Shown piece after piece: positions 37,200 through 50,890 of a stretch of 64,000 bases of DNA. The stretch is from Carcharhinus longimanus (taxonomy: Eukaryota), in NCBI GenBank assembly GCA_030264375.1, contig JASCQW010000081.1:29397391-29461390 (forward strand), in the 5' to 3' direction. A program made the translations under genes and the position numbers. The notes under the pieces were generated by a model. That model was not told the DNA's origin. It searched no databases and was given only the letters and a program-made list of their open reading frames with translations. Within the stretch, counting starts at the first letter, position 1. Each line of letters opens with the position of its first letter.

Positions 37200-37510
37200 C
37201 CTGAATGGTCTTGACAAGGTGGATGTGGAAAGGATGTTTCTTGTGGGTGAACACAGAACTAAGGGACTATTTTAAAATTGGGGGTCATCCTAAAGAGACA
37301 GATGAAGAATAAAAAAGTTCTGAGAGTTGTGACTTTGGAACTCTCCATCAGAAGGTGATGGATGTGGATCATTGAATATTTTTAAAGCCACAGATAAAAT
37401 CATGTTAGGCAAGGAAATCAAAAGTTATTGGAGTAGATAGGAATGTGGAACTCAAATTGATCAGCCATGATCTTATTGAATGGTGGAGCTGGCTTGGGGG
37501 CCTATTTCAT
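37200..37510 (+). mobile_element. CR1 LINE 3' end
   Basis: GGTCTTGACAAGGTGGATGTGGAAAGGATGTTTC...GATCAGCCATGATCTTATTGAATGGTGGAGC. Confidence 0.8.
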
Positions 37511-38261
37511 ATGTCCTTTGGATATCTTTCTATATATATTCAGGTACTTATCCATCATCTTTTGACTGATGTAATTGATTTTAAAATTGACCACCATTTG
37601 TGGCAAAACACTCTATATTTTGATAACTCTGCATTTAATCTGCTCTTTTATGTAACAAGGGCTCATTTTGAAATCACAACCTCTTGCCTTTGATCTACCT
37701 GCTATTAGAATTTATCTATACTTTTTCTGCTATTATTTGAACATCTTCATCAAATCTCCCTTTTCATGGTTTAAGAGGCTAAAAAACTAGTCATTCCAAT
37801 TCTTTTCTCAAATTTTGTACCAGTTGTTATTCCCTATTAACATGAACAAACTTTGATATCCACCCTTTTGTATCTGAATTGTTATGTGGAACAGATGTGA
37901 TCCCAACAATGATTCCCTGGAGCATTCAAACTACCATTGATTACCAGTCTTCATATGGTGGCTGGCAATGAGTTACAAGAAAACAATGCAATTTGAAAGT
38001 TTCCTTCTCTGAGTAGTATGATTTTGTCTGTATTGTATGCAAGAAACAATACTTTTCACTGTATGTTAATACATGTGAATAATATATCAAATTTTGAAAC
38101 CATCATGTGTTGAATGAGGTGGAAGCCACATGATGAGATGAAAGAGTTATAAAATATTAAGTGATGTAGAAACTGAAAATTGAATCACAGCACTAGCACA
38201 CTAGTAATGTTGGTTACTTTTACTTTAGCAAAATCGAGAAAGTGTAGACAAAGCAATGAAA

Positions 38262-38560
38262 AGTATAAAATGCTGGAAAAACTGAGCAGGTCTCGCAGCA
38301 TCTGTGGAGAGAGAAACAGAGTTGAAGTTTGAGTTTTTTCTTTTCAGAGCTAAGAAAGGAAGAAATGTGATGTACAAAATCAGTGGTGGGTGGTTGTTGC
38401 AATTGGTTGCGCTAAGATGTGTAGAGGAAGGATTCATGACAGCATGAAGGGCTATAGAAGGTGCCAATAGTGGCATAAAAGTAAGTAGATGTTGATGGTT
38501 ATTCACGAGTAGTTGCAATACAGTAATTAGTTCATGAAATTCCAATCACTTAAACCAGCA
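38262..38560. mobile_element. Penelope-derived repeat
   Basis: AAATGCTGGAAAAACTGAGCAGGTCTCGCAGCATCTGTGGAGAGAGAAACAGAGTT; same family as the 8200 and 60190 copies. Confidence 0.65.
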
Positions 38561-38712
38561 GATCAAATTTCTGATTGGTAATAGGGATAAAAATTTGAAA
38601 ATTTTTGTGGTACCTTGTGACTTTGTTTTCATTCTGACACACAGTCCTGAAAAGGTACTATGGGTGTACCTATCCACATGAATTGCAATAATGATTGCAA
38701 TTCATAACAATA

Positions 38713-39008
38713 AGGGCAGCACGGTAATGATTAGCATTGATCCTTCACAGCTCCAGGGACCTGGGTTTGATTCTCGGCTTGGGTCACTGTCTGTGTGGAG
38801 TTTGCACATTCTCCTCATGTCTGTGTGGGTTTCCTTCCACAGTCCAAAGATGTGCGGGTTAGGTTGATTGGCCGTGCTAAAATTGCCCCTTAGTGTCCTG
38901 AGATGCATAGGTTANNNNNNNNNNNNNNNNNNNNNNNNNNNNNNNNNNNNNNNNNNNNNNNNNNNNNCTTTCTGCACTGTAGGGTTTCTATAATTCTATT
39001 GATTCTAG
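38713..39008 (+). mobile_element. HE1-type SINE inserted in an older LINE tail
   Basis: GGGCAGCACGGTAATGATTAGCA...GGGTTTGATTCTCGGCTTGGGTCACTGTCTGTGTGGAGTTTGCAC. Confidence 0.85.
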
Positions 39009-40715
39009 TTCAAAAAGGTGGCTTACCATCATTTGCTTAAAAGTAATTGGGGATGGGCAATAATTGCTGGACTTGCGTGTATGGCTCTCACCCCAGAACA
39101 TTTTTAAATACATTAGTATCATAAAAGAAAAGACAAAGGCTAAGATTAACATTTTGCTTGCAGATTCTTCAGTAAATTAACCTTTTAGTAAAGACTCGTA
39201 CTTGAAATATTAATTTACCTTTTCAGCTGCTACTAGATGTGCTGTATATTTCTGACATTTGTTTTTCTTTTGTTTTTGTGTTTATTGTTGATCCTTGGCT
39301 TATGCAGTCATGTTTTATAATTAATGCCTAGGTGGTTTAGTTGTTTTTCTTCATGACTAGATGTGCTGAAGAATATTGATATCTTTTGCTAACAATCTAG
39401 CTGAGATTGGCCAAAAAAAAGCATCATTGTTGGGTTCACGTCTGTGATTTTCTCATTTTACTGATCTCACTGGGCTATGAGAGAAGGCTGCTACTTCATG
39501 TTCAGTAAGGGAGAATGCAAAATTGCAACTCCATAATACATAATTGTACGACCCAATCAGTTTTCAAATAGTTTGGTTTTTATTGGAGTTTTCCATTTTT
39601 ACTGTAAGTTTGATTTAATTTCTTATATAATAAAAGGATAGGAGGAAACCAGGTTGGTATGTTCCGAATACTTGGTGCTTCCACATATACAACAAATAGA
39701 GGACAAGTAAAAGGAGGGGGGAAATTATGCTGGAATAACATTTTTTTGGCATAGTTGCTCAAAAAATTACCTCAACAAGGAGTTATCACTGAACATGCCA
39801 CTCAAGTTAATGAATCCCTTAACCTTTCCACTATCAAAACTGTAGTCTGTAAGACCTGGTGAGAAATCTGTGTTTCCCTGAATGGGAGAGAGTACAGAAG
39901 TTGAATTAAATCTTCTTTCCGACTAGCAGACCACCCTCCACATTCCAGATGATAATGATTATTGAACTTGGTAGCTGCAGTTTGGCCAATTTTTGTTCCA
40001 TATCAAGGAGCTAAACACCCCATTAATTTCCTTTCATATCTGAGCAGAAAGCAAAATTGGTAGCATCTGTAAAGGGTATAACAACCTAGGTAGCACATTC
40101 ATCTTAATCAGTGCTATCCTGCCCAGTCACAATATCAATATGGAGGACTAACAATGTAGCTCCTACTTAATAGCCAATTGAGGAGGGAGGTGGGATTTGC
40201 CTTATTACTGAGTGAATAGTGGAATGATCCAAATAAATAAACCCAAAGGGGGACCATTTAAAGGGGAAGGAAGTGGGGGGAGAATCTCCCACAGGCCTTC
40301 CTAAAGGTATGGTCTAGGACTTTGCACAATTAACTTTATAGCCCAAAATGGAACTGAACCTAACCATAATGTCAATAATGGTAAGAGCAGAGACATCTGG
40401 CTTAGACACAAATAGCAACATATCATTTTTGTATAAGCATGATTTTGTGTTGCTCTCCACCATAAGACAACCCAAAAGATTTGTGTCTAATTGTCTTGGC
40501 TAGGAGCTCAGTAGCTGTTGCAATGGGCAATCTTGCCTAGTCCCTCATTGAAGACTCATTATCAGATCTGTAACAGTCTTTCTCTGCAACTAATGAGATC
40601 ACTAAGCTATCCATTGCCTGCTTTTGGAACAACTGAATAATAATTTTAAAAATGTTTTTATTGAATTTTTGATTTTTACCAAATAACTCAACAAGCCCCC
40701 CAAAATCCAAAACTT

Positions 40716-41055
40716 GCTTATTCGTTTGTGGGACAAAGGTGTCACTGGCTGGCCAGCATTTATTGCCCATTCCTACTTGCCCCAGAATGGTTGAGAGTCA
40801 GCTATGTTGCTATGGCTCTGGTATCACATGAGGCCAGACCAGGTGAGGACAGCAGATTTCATCCCACAAAGGACATTAGTGAACCAGATAGGCTTTTCTG
40901 ACAATTGATAAAGGTTTCGTAATCATCAATAGATTCTCAATTCTAGTTTTTTTTTTATTGAATTCAAATTTCATCATCTGTTGTGTTGGGATTCAAACAC
41001 AGGTCCCCACAATATCAGCTGAGTTTCTGGATTAATATCACCAGGCTATCGACTT
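40716..41055 (-). mobile_element. SacSINE1/DeuSINE-like tRNA SINE nested in the L1
   Basis: Reverse complement contains GTTTGAATCCCAACAC (B-box-like), ATCTGGTTCACTAATGTCCTTT, GAAATCTGCTGTCCTCACCTGGTCTGGCCT and the tail GGGCAATAAATGCTGGCC. Confidence 0.7.
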
Positions 41056-42989
41056 CCCCAGCACAGAATAATCTTTTTTCCACGTGTACATCTGAAAAAG
41101 ACTGGTGAATGTCATGAAAATTGATTTGAATGATTAATTACAATGGGTGCCTCCCTTCATACAGATACAGAAAGGATATTGCCAAGTGTGGGACAACAGG
41201 ATGAAGTCACGAGTACGTGAAACAATAGTGTAAACTCTTGCCAAGGACTGAGACCGAGCTACACAGCATAAGGGGTAAATTATAAACAATCAGAGCATAA
41301 AACAGCACCCCCAAAACCTCAACGTTGAAAGGATACAACCCAAAGCCCAAATCATGGTAAAACAGTGTAAATTCTGACATATAAGATAACGGGAGCAGAG
41401 CTACACTATCCCATGGGAAGAGTGCAGTTAGAGAGTTATGGTATGTACCTTTCAATAGGGAATCATAAATCTTAAGGGAAGCTGTCCAGATGCCCTCTGC
41501 CCCTCTCCAAAAATGGGGCATTTGAGGGGAGGACAGACTACTGCTCCTTTAATAACATAATGATACCTTCACCTTCCAAATCTGCTACTGCCTAAGAAAC
41601 CAAGAAATAGTGAGATCGATAAAAGAAGAATCAATTAGCCAAGGATTCTCGCATCACACTTGTGGCTGGAGATAAGTTTTGTTGTTAGCCCAACTGGTGG
41701 TTCTGCTAAGTCCCACTATCAGCTGGAAAATTTAACCCATTTTCCACCAAGGAGACCCCTGCCATTTTGAAGAAAGAGAATTATCAAGACATCCACAAAA
41801 GGGAAATCTCAGGGAGGTACAAACCTCCACCTCTTAACAAGATGAGGGGAAATCCTGTTGGACTAAATATAAGTCAAAGCCTATGTCAGCATCCCACAAA
41901 CCCAGATAACAAAAGGAAATCTTGGAGGGAGAGGAACACCATAATCAGACCACAAGATGTGGTTTGATAGTGTACACCTCATGATGAAGAATTGTCCAGA
42001 AGCCCCCAAAAATGGACATCTCAGGGGAAGACCCCCTTCTCCCTCATCTACAGAATCAGGGAACAGATAATCAAAGTAACTACTGCCCTAATCTACTGAG
42101 CAAAGATAAGCTTAGAACAATGGCACAATTAAAAGAAGGGATGGCAGGCCAGGAATATTCGTGCCATCCCTGTGCTTCAAATAAAGCAAACTTCCTGCAT
42201 CTCCAGTAATACCAGAGGTGTGTCAGGCCCCACCATCAACAGGATTCCATCCATTTTCCCACCACCAAGGAAACTCTGAGAAAAGGAGGAATCATCTAGG
42301 CCTCCACAGTCAGGATATCTCTGGGAAGGACAAGAATCATGCATTCCAAGAACCAAGCTACCAAGTCATCACTGTCACAACTTGTGCAGCCGAGGAAAAT
42401 ATAAGAAACCCAGCGAAGAAAGGCTAGACAACCAAGGCATGCCGACTACACCCAGGCCTACACTGATTTTTTTTTTCCCCAGCTCCAGCTATGCTGGAGG
42501 TGCCAAAGACAATAAAACTGTCTTTCCTGGGATATATGATCTGTCTGTACCTTCACGAGACCAACAAGGATTCTTTATCCCTAAAATAACAAAAATACAA
42601 GAAAAATGTGACAGCATTAGTTCTAAAGGGGGTTTTCCTCCAGAATGGCCTGTAACAAACTGCTTGTCCACCATCCTGCTGTGGCGCTACTCATCTTCTC
42701 CATAATTAAAGTAAAGGATGCCATATAATGTAATCCTCCATTATAAATGCTGGGGTTGCAATACAAAAAAAATCACACAACTCTGCTGCCGTACAACCAT
42801 CCCAGCATGCTCAGCAATAGAAGGATGGCAACCAATTATCAGTCCACAAGCAAAGGAATACTTCCACGTTACAAACACTAGACCTGAGAGATTTAACTTT
42901 GACACAGGGTGGGCAGACTCCTTTACCCACCCTGCTCCCCCTGTACCTCACAGAAAGACAAAAATTGAATGTAAACTGTAATACACTTT

Positions 42990-44945
42990 ACAAAGAACAG
43001 TACAGCACAGGAACAGGCCTTTTGGCCCACCAAGTCTGTGCCAGCATAGATACCGCTCTCAGCTAATATTTTCTTGCCTCTATGTGATCTATATTCCTCT
43101 ATTCCCTGCCTATTCATATATCTATCCAGATGCCTGTTGAATGTAGTTATAGAATCTGCTTCCACCACCACCTCCAGCAACACACTCTAGGCATTCACCA
43201 CCTGCTGTGTGAAAAATTTGCCCCTTGCATTTCTTTTAAACCTTCCCCCTCTCACTCTCAATCTATACTTCTGAGTAATTGACCCTTCGACCCTGGAAAA
43301 AAAATTCTGACTCTCCACTCTATCCAAGTTTATCACAGTCTTGTAAACCTCTGTGAGACCACCCCCCCCCCCCCCACCTCATTCTCCCATGTTCCAATGA
43401 AAACAATCCAAATTTGTTCAATCTTTCTTCATCACCCATATCCTCCGAACCACGCAACATCCTGGTGAATCTCTTTTGCACCCTTTTCAATGCATAACAT
43501 CCTTCCAGTAATGTAGTGACCAAAACTGTACGCAATACTCCAAAGGTGGCCTAACCAGTCTCATACAGCTGCAACATGATTTTCCAATTGCTTTACTGCA
43601 ACTGATGAAGGCCAGCATGCCATATGCCTTCTTGACCACCTTGTCCACCTGAGTTGCCACCTTCAGGGAATGATGGATATGTACACCTAAATCCCTCTGC
43701 ATGCTAATATTTCTAAGGGCTCTACAATTTACTATAGATTTTCCTTCTGCAGGCGACCTTCAAATCGCATCAGTTCCCATTTCTCTGGCTTAAAGTCCAT
43801 CTGCCATCTTTCAGCCCAGGTCTCCAGCCAATTTAAATCTTGCTGTATCCTCTCTCAATCCTGCTCACTATCTGCTACTCCCCCAATTTTTGTATCATCT
43901 GTAAATTTAATAATCAGACTAGCTACATTTTCCTCCAAATCATTATATATATAAACAATAGAAGCCCCAGCACTGTTCCTTTGTAGACACCACTTGACAC
44001 AGATTTCGAGTTTGGAAAAATACCCTTCCGCTGCTACTCTCTGTGCCTGCTAGTTTTTTATCTACCTTACCAGCTCACCTTGAATCCCATATGACTTCTC
44101 CTCCTGTATCAGCCTGCTAGAGGAACCTTATCGAAGACTTTACTAAAGTCCATGTATACAACATTCTTTGCTCTGCCCTCATCAACTTTTTTCATCACTT
44201 CCTCAAAGAACTCAATCAAATTTGTGAGACACGTCCTCCCCTTCACAAAACCATGTTAGCTATCACTAATAAGCATATTCTCTTCCAGATGTGAGTACAC
44301 CCTGTCCCTAAGAATCTTGTCCAATATTTCCCCACCACTGATGTAAGGCTCACAGGCCTGTAATTTCCCAGATTGTCTCCTCTGCCCTTCTTAAACAGTG
44401 GAACAATGTTAACTACTCTCCAATCCTCTGATACCTCACCCGTGACTAAAGAGGATACAAAGATTTTGGTCAAGGCCTCAGTAATTTCTTCCCTCGCCTC
44501 TCTCAGTATTCTGGGATAGACTCTGTCTGGCCATGGCGACTTGTCCACCTTAATGTTTTTCAAAACCTCCAATACCTCCTCCCTTTTTATCTTGATATGT
44601 CCTAGAATATCAACATCCTCCTTTCTACACTGACCATCCACACATCTTTCTCCTTTGTGAATACTGATGTATTTGTTAAGGACCTCATCTGGCTCCACTC
44701 CCAAATTCCCTCCACTGTCCTCGAGTGGACCTACCCTTTTCTTAGCTACCCTCTTCCTACTTAAAAAGCCTTGGAATTCTCCTTAATCCTGCCTGTCAAG
44801 GACATTTCTTGGCACCTTTTGCCCCCTAAATCCCTGTTTAAGATCTTACCTGCTATCTTTGTATTCCTCAAGCCTTACCCATTTTCAATTTCCTGAAATT
44901 TATGTATACTTCCTTCTTTTTCACCGAACTCACTAAGATCTCCCT
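42990..44945 (-). mobile_element. 5'-truncated CR1 (HER1-like) LINE, ~2 kb, nested in the L1
   Basis: ORFs EVLKNIKVDKSPWPDRVYPRILREAREEI...NYRPVSLTSVVGK, QRDLGVHIHHSLKVATQVDKVVKKAYGML...LEYCVQFWS and ALKRVQKRFTRML. Intact 3' terminus at ~42990. Confidence 0.93.
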
Positions 44946-47900
44946 TGTTCTACCCATTATAAATAAATGGATATCCCTGGCTTTCATGAATAGGATTACA
45001 GGCCAAATAGACATTGAAGCTTAAATATCAAACACCTTTGTCTGGATAAAAGGCAACATCACAAAATTAGGATTATAATAATAAGAGTAGTTCAAGATTA
45101 ATGGTGACCTGCAGGATAATGAAGCCTTCCATGGAGGTTGAAAAGACCAAAGCCTTGACAGAAATATCAAACAACATCAGGGATCCAACCTTAGTTTCAC
45201 CACGGTCTCTACACCTCTATTGTGTCGTTGCTCAGAAGCCCCATGAGAAAGAGACATAGGCCCTGGTAGGTGGCGAGGTCCCATCATGTCTGGCCACCTC
45301 CAACCCTTTTTGATGAACACTGAGGTCAAGACAACGCAAGACCAGGGATCGGGATATATAACTGACCCCAAATTTTGAAGATGCGGTATATCTCTATGAA
45401 CTTAATGCCCAGACTTCAAATCAAGATTATGACAGCATGGCAGCCAGTTTTCAAATTCAGCCCGGAATTCATCCTCAGGTCCCCTTGGGACATCGGGCAC
45501 AGGACACTCCTTCAACTCCACCTCCCTGAATTAACCAGGATGTGACGTGGCACGGTTTCCAAGGACTGAAAGTGAGCCTTCACTGAAGAAACAGCCCTCT
45601 GAATTGATAGGATTCTTTCCTCCACTTCGTCCATTTTCTTGCAATTCATCAATGTGAGCACTGATCTTTTGTGCCATGGAGTTAACTATCATCTCAATGT
45701 TTACCAGCATCACCAGGGCATGAGCCCATTCACCAGCTAAACCACCACTGCAAACAGTACCCCACCCTATCTGTCTCCAACCACCTTGATTAAACAAAGA
45801 TTATCTTGACTTTGCTTGACTCCCTGTCACCCAAATTTAAATAGGACATTCAGGAAAATAATACGGAGTATGCAGTCCAGGATAATTATATGGCAAGATG
45901 TGCCACCAAAAGGGCAAGCATAGAACACCCTTTCTACGTTCTAACCCCTCCTATTAAGACTTAAGCCCTACTCACATTTATTAGTATAAAAGAGACCACA
46001 AAACATATGCCAATATTATAAGGGTACAGATGATTAGAAAGGAAGAATAATATTTTTACACAGCACTATTGTTGTACAATCTGTACAGCATGTTCCTTAA
46101 CTATGGGGAGAACACAAGAATGTTTTTCATTAAGGACAAATGGAAGTGCCTGCCATTCCTAAGGACAAAATCTCACTGCAATACTCAATTACAAGACCAC
46201 TCTTGTTGAAGTGATAAATACCAACACAGAATCAGGAAGAAATTATAATGACAAGGGATAAAGCTCAGATTTTACAGTGAACTGCAGCCTGCTACTCCAA
46301 ATTATTGCCTTCCATGGAATTCACAAAAGCCATGACTTTTTAGTTGGGTCATTGAATGTCTTTATACAATTGTCAAATGTCACCCTCAGTGTAGCAGGAT
46401 ATATTGCACTCCAGTAGCCTTCAGTCGTCTTCTAAATTCATCAAAGCCCTTGCGCCTCTGTTGTATTGCTGCTGAGAAATCTTGGAAGGAAGAGACCTAT
46501 GCTCTGTCATAGAGCAAGGCCCCATTGTGTCTAGCTTCCTCCATCTTTGGTGATCCTTGAAGCTACGAAAGCACCTAATTATGGGCTGTGGTTGTTGATT
46601 GTTCCTAGGCCTCAGAGACAGAAAATGCTGTGCCCCTTCTAACTTGATGCACCCAGCTTTTGTTTCTGAATTAATGAAACGTGATAACCAGCTCTAACTG
46701 AGAGCATACCCTCTGCTGCTTCTTTCAAATCAACAATCTGGAGATTTTTCCTCTGGCCTTGGTTCTCCAGATCTTCAAGGAATTCTGATATACCACCCAG
46801 CTGTTTTTCCAAGGATTGGAAGCAAGCCTCAAATGAGGAATTATATTTTCAACAGTAATAATTCTCTCCTCTGCTTCATCAAGCCTTTTGCCAGTACTCT
46901 GCAGTTCCAAAGTGTGAGTACTGATATTCTGTATGAGTTTCTCATCAGTAAACTGAATAACATTAGCATTCACCAGTTGCAATGCCTTTGAGAGTGCTGG
47001 ATCGAGAGCCTGTTCATTCACTAAGTCACCATGTTGAAGAGTCGGCTCCATGCCAGTTATTTCTGACTGCTCTATTTTGTAGACAATTTTCTTAATATTT
47101 CTCTACATTTTGTCACCAATGTTGGGACAGGAACCTTCCAACGACATAATATGGAGTTCTCATTCCCAGATTAGGTAAGTACAAGCAATGTAAGCACGAT
47201 GAATGAAACGATTATGGATTGAGTTGCACCAGAGCTCATGGAAACTCAGTTATTCCTGTGCTCACATCATGTGACATCCCCCCACCCCAAAGATTTAAAT
47301 TGGAGCCTATCACTTCTTCCAGTACATTCTTCTTTATAATTTAAAAAAAAATTTTTAAGAGCTTTCCAAAATCGTAATTTCTTTCTGTGCTTTTTTTTAA
47401 GACAAACTTTTAAGGTATGCTTTGAATTAACAGAGAAAAATAGCCACTAACTAAAGTATCAATAATGCCAAAATTGATCAAACTTAATCAAAGAAATAAA
47501 ACTGATCTCAAGAATCCGCTTAGATTTTGGAGAGACAGCAGTTATCTTTCATGGATTCATAATTTAGGAATTGTGTCCAATTACATCAGATGCCAGTTTA
47601 ATCTGATGATTTGTTTTGGTGTTTGGATTGGAGGGGTAGGTTCTATATAACTTTAAGTGACGAGACAAGCATGGACATGGTTACTTCATTGATTGCTCAT
47701 TCATCATTACATATATTTGATGTCATGTTGTTCTTATCAATGTAAGGACTATTTTTCTCAGAATTAAACACTTTTGTCAGGATTAAGCACCAGTTAGATA
47801 ATGCTGGATTTAGAGTAAGCTCTCACTGCATTGTGTAAACTGTGATGTCTGACTGCATCAATATGACATTTTCTGTTTCCACATCAGCCAAATTTGTTGC

Positions 47901-48299
47901 TTGTTGAATGGAGATATAAGAAATGGAATGGGAAAACAAATTTTACCCATAAAGCCATCTACTGCATTACGTATTTATCATCAGCACCTAAATATATCCC
48001 CATAACCTTCAATCCTAAATATTTATTTTAAAGGATTCAGTAAATTAGCGCAACCAATTCAGTTGGCTGCCATTGCACATTCCTTGAGAAGAAAATTCCT
48101 GGAAACCCTCAAATTTAATTGAGGCTTGACTATCTTGAATCTGCACCCTTTCTTTTTGCGAGCATAATTAAAATCAAAAGGTCAATTTAGATGTGATTTG
48201 TCTCAACAGATGTACCATTTCAACCCCCAAAGTTAGCCAGCTAAGCTATTAATGTAGGTCAATAAGACCATTAATTTGAAAAAAAGCAAATCGACCACT

Positions 48300-49960
48300 A
48301 CAGTTCTTTTCTGGAGGGTAGAATTGAAGAGCAAAGAAACTGTGCTAAACTTGTATCAAACTGTGGTTATTGAAACCAAAAGAGAAAATGCTGGAACATA
48401 AGAACATAAAAAACAGGAGCAGGAGTAGGCCATCTATCCCCTCAAACCTGCCCTGCCATTCAATAAGATCATGGCTGATCTGAAAGTGGTTCAGTTCCAC
48501 TTACCTGCCTGCTCCCCATAACCNNNNNNNNNNNNNNNNNNNNNNNNNNNNNNNNNNNNNNNNNNNNNNNNNNNNNNNNNNNNNNNNNNNNNNNNNNNNN
48601 NNNNNNNNNNNNNNNNNNNNNNNNNNNNNNNNNNNNNNNNNNNNNNNNNNNNNNNNNNNNNNNNNNNNNNNNNNNNNNNNNNNNNNNNNNNNNNNNNNNN
48701 NNNNNNNNNNNNNNNNNNNNNNNNNNNNNNNNNNNNNNNNNNNNNNNNNNNNNNNNNNNNNNNNNNNNNNNNNNNNNNNNNNNNNNNNNNNNNNNNNNNN
48801 NNNNNNNNNNNNNNNNNNNNNNNNNNNNNNNNNNNNNNNNNNNNNNNNNNNNNNNNNNNNNNNNNNNNNNNNNNNNNNNNNNNNNNNNNNNNNNNNNNNN
48901 NNNNNNNNNNNNNNNNNNNNNNNNNNNNNNNNNNNNNNNNNNNNNNNNNNNNNNNNNNNNNNNNNNNNNNNNNNNNNNNNNNNNNNNNNNNNNNNNNNNN
49001 NNNNNNNNNNNNNNNNNNNNNNNNNNNNNNNNNNNNNNNNNNNNNNNNNNNNNNNNNNNNNNNNNNNNNNNNNNNNNNNNNNNNNNNNNNNNNNNNNNNN
49101 NNNNNNNNNNNNNNNNNNNNNNNNNNNNNNNNNNNNNNNNNNNNNNNNNNNNNNNNNNNNNNNNNNNNNNNNNNNNNNNNNNNNNNNNNNNNNNNNNNNN
49201 NNNNNNNNNNNNNNNNNNNNNNNNNNNNNNNNNNNNNNNNNNNNNNNNNNNNNNNNNNNNNNNNNNNNNNNNNNNNNNNNNNNNNNNNNNNNNNNNNNNN
49301 NNNNNNNNNNNNNNNNNNNNNNNNNNNNNNNNNNNNNNNNNNNNNNNNNNGCCAGACCTGCTGAGATTTTCCAGCATTTTCTCTTTTGGTTTCAGATTCC
49401 AGCATCCACAGTAATTTGCTTTTATCCTGTAGTTATTGAATACTTGAGGACTATGCACAGTTTTGAAGTGCACATTATGAGAAGAATATAGAAGCAATGG
49501 TAAAGATGCAAAAACAATTCACAAGGATGATATTGTAAGTGAGAAGATATACCTATCGGAAAAGGCTGATGTAGCTGGGGTTCTTTCCTTTAGAAAAGAT
49601 GAGGCTGAAGGGTGACCAGATAAAATTCTGAAAAAATTTGACAGGCTAGATATAGAGGACATTTTCCCATTTGAAAGCAAGTCCAAATTGAAGAAGCATA
49701 AATATATGTTTCATCAATAAACCAAAAGGAAATTCGCAGAAACTTGTTTACAAAGAGTGTGGTCAGAAGGTAAAATGCATTACCAAAAAGAGGAGTTGAT
49801 GACAAGAATATAGAAAAGCACATGAAGGAGAAAGAAATAGAAGGTTATGCCAATTGGGGTTAGGTGAAGACAGGTAGCAAGAGATTCATGTGCAGCATGA
49901 ATGTCTCCATTGTCTAGTTGAATCAAATATCTGTTTCCTTGCCGTAAGCCTGATGTAAAC
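48300..49960. mobile_element. Triple nest: CR1 (+) split by a Penelope-derived element (48375-49426), which contains a CR1 3' end (-; from 48394)
   Basis: TSD CTGT(G/A)GTTATTGAA at 48361-48374 and 49427-49440; 26-bp inverted repeat at 48371-48396 and 49369-49394. The centre is a gap. Confidence 0.7.
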
Positions 49961-50649
49961 TCAAAAAATGCTAACAGGCACCAGAAATGTGACAACATTG
50001 ATCACACGCCTGTGCTGATTTTTTTTTTCAGCAAGCGTTGACATTGGAACCAAGCCCCCAGATGCTGACAGTCATCATGAAACACCAATGTTTAGATAAT
50101 ATGATTAAGATTGACCATATTTGTGTTGAACATATTTAATCTAAATTTCTGGGCAGAATTTACAGGAATAAAAGAGGAGTGATCTAACCTGTGCAGTCAA
50201 TTTCTGTTTCATTTAAATGTTAACGTGAAACAATTCTAAAAGTTATTTCAAAGATATTTGGAATTCACAACAGCAGTCTAACACATTGAATACAGAAAAA
50301 TAATACAATGCAGTGAACAAATAGGGGGACTGAAACCGGAGGCAAGTTACAGAAGCAACAAAAAACATGATCCAATAGATGGATTCGAGTTGACTTTTAA
50401 GGAGGAAGAGAGCTATTCCCAGAGAAGAGATGTAGGAATCAAATTCTAAGAGTGCGACAGTACCATGGCTGTGCAGCAGTGTACAGGGAAAGAGATAATG
50501 CATTAGTATGAGGTAAGATAACAGACAATTCTCTGGCCCGTGTGCTTGTGCGCAGATCACATTGAGGCCACGTGGGGCCAGAAGATTGCAGGGAAGGAGC
50601 CCACAGCACATCCCTCTTTGGGATTTTCCCAGCCCTCATATCCTGACAT

Positions 50650-50890
50650 AATCTGATTCACACCCTTGCTGAGACCTTAAATATATTTAATGATGGAGCA
50701 TCCACAATGCCACAATCTTCTGGGGTTGAGAATTCCAAGGATTCAAATCTTTTGCCTAACAAAATTACTCCCTGTCAGTCCTAAATGCCAGGAAAATAAC
50801 CTTTGTGTCTAGCTGGTCAAATCACTTCAGACTTTCACTGAGATCACTTCTCATTCTTCTAAACTCCAGAAAGTATAGACTTAATTTTGT
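50650..50890 (-). mobile_element. Decayed CR1 3' fragment
   Basis: GATGGAGCATCCACA...GAGAATTCCAAGGATTC...GAGATCACTTCTCATTCTTCTAAACTCCAG. Confidence 0.65.

Larger units (their letters stand above)
39575..47260 (-). mobile_element. Decayed L1-clade LINE(s): ORF1 ~46300-47150, endonuclease/RT remnants ~40650-45850, second 3' fragment 39575-40640
   Basis: ORF 46725-47051 KRLDEAEERIITVEN and the adjacent-frame LENQGQRKNLQIV match the L1 ORF1 coiled-coil/LENRSRRNNLRI motif. T-rich TTTTTATTG 3' ends at ~39577 and ~40655. Confidence 0.7.
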
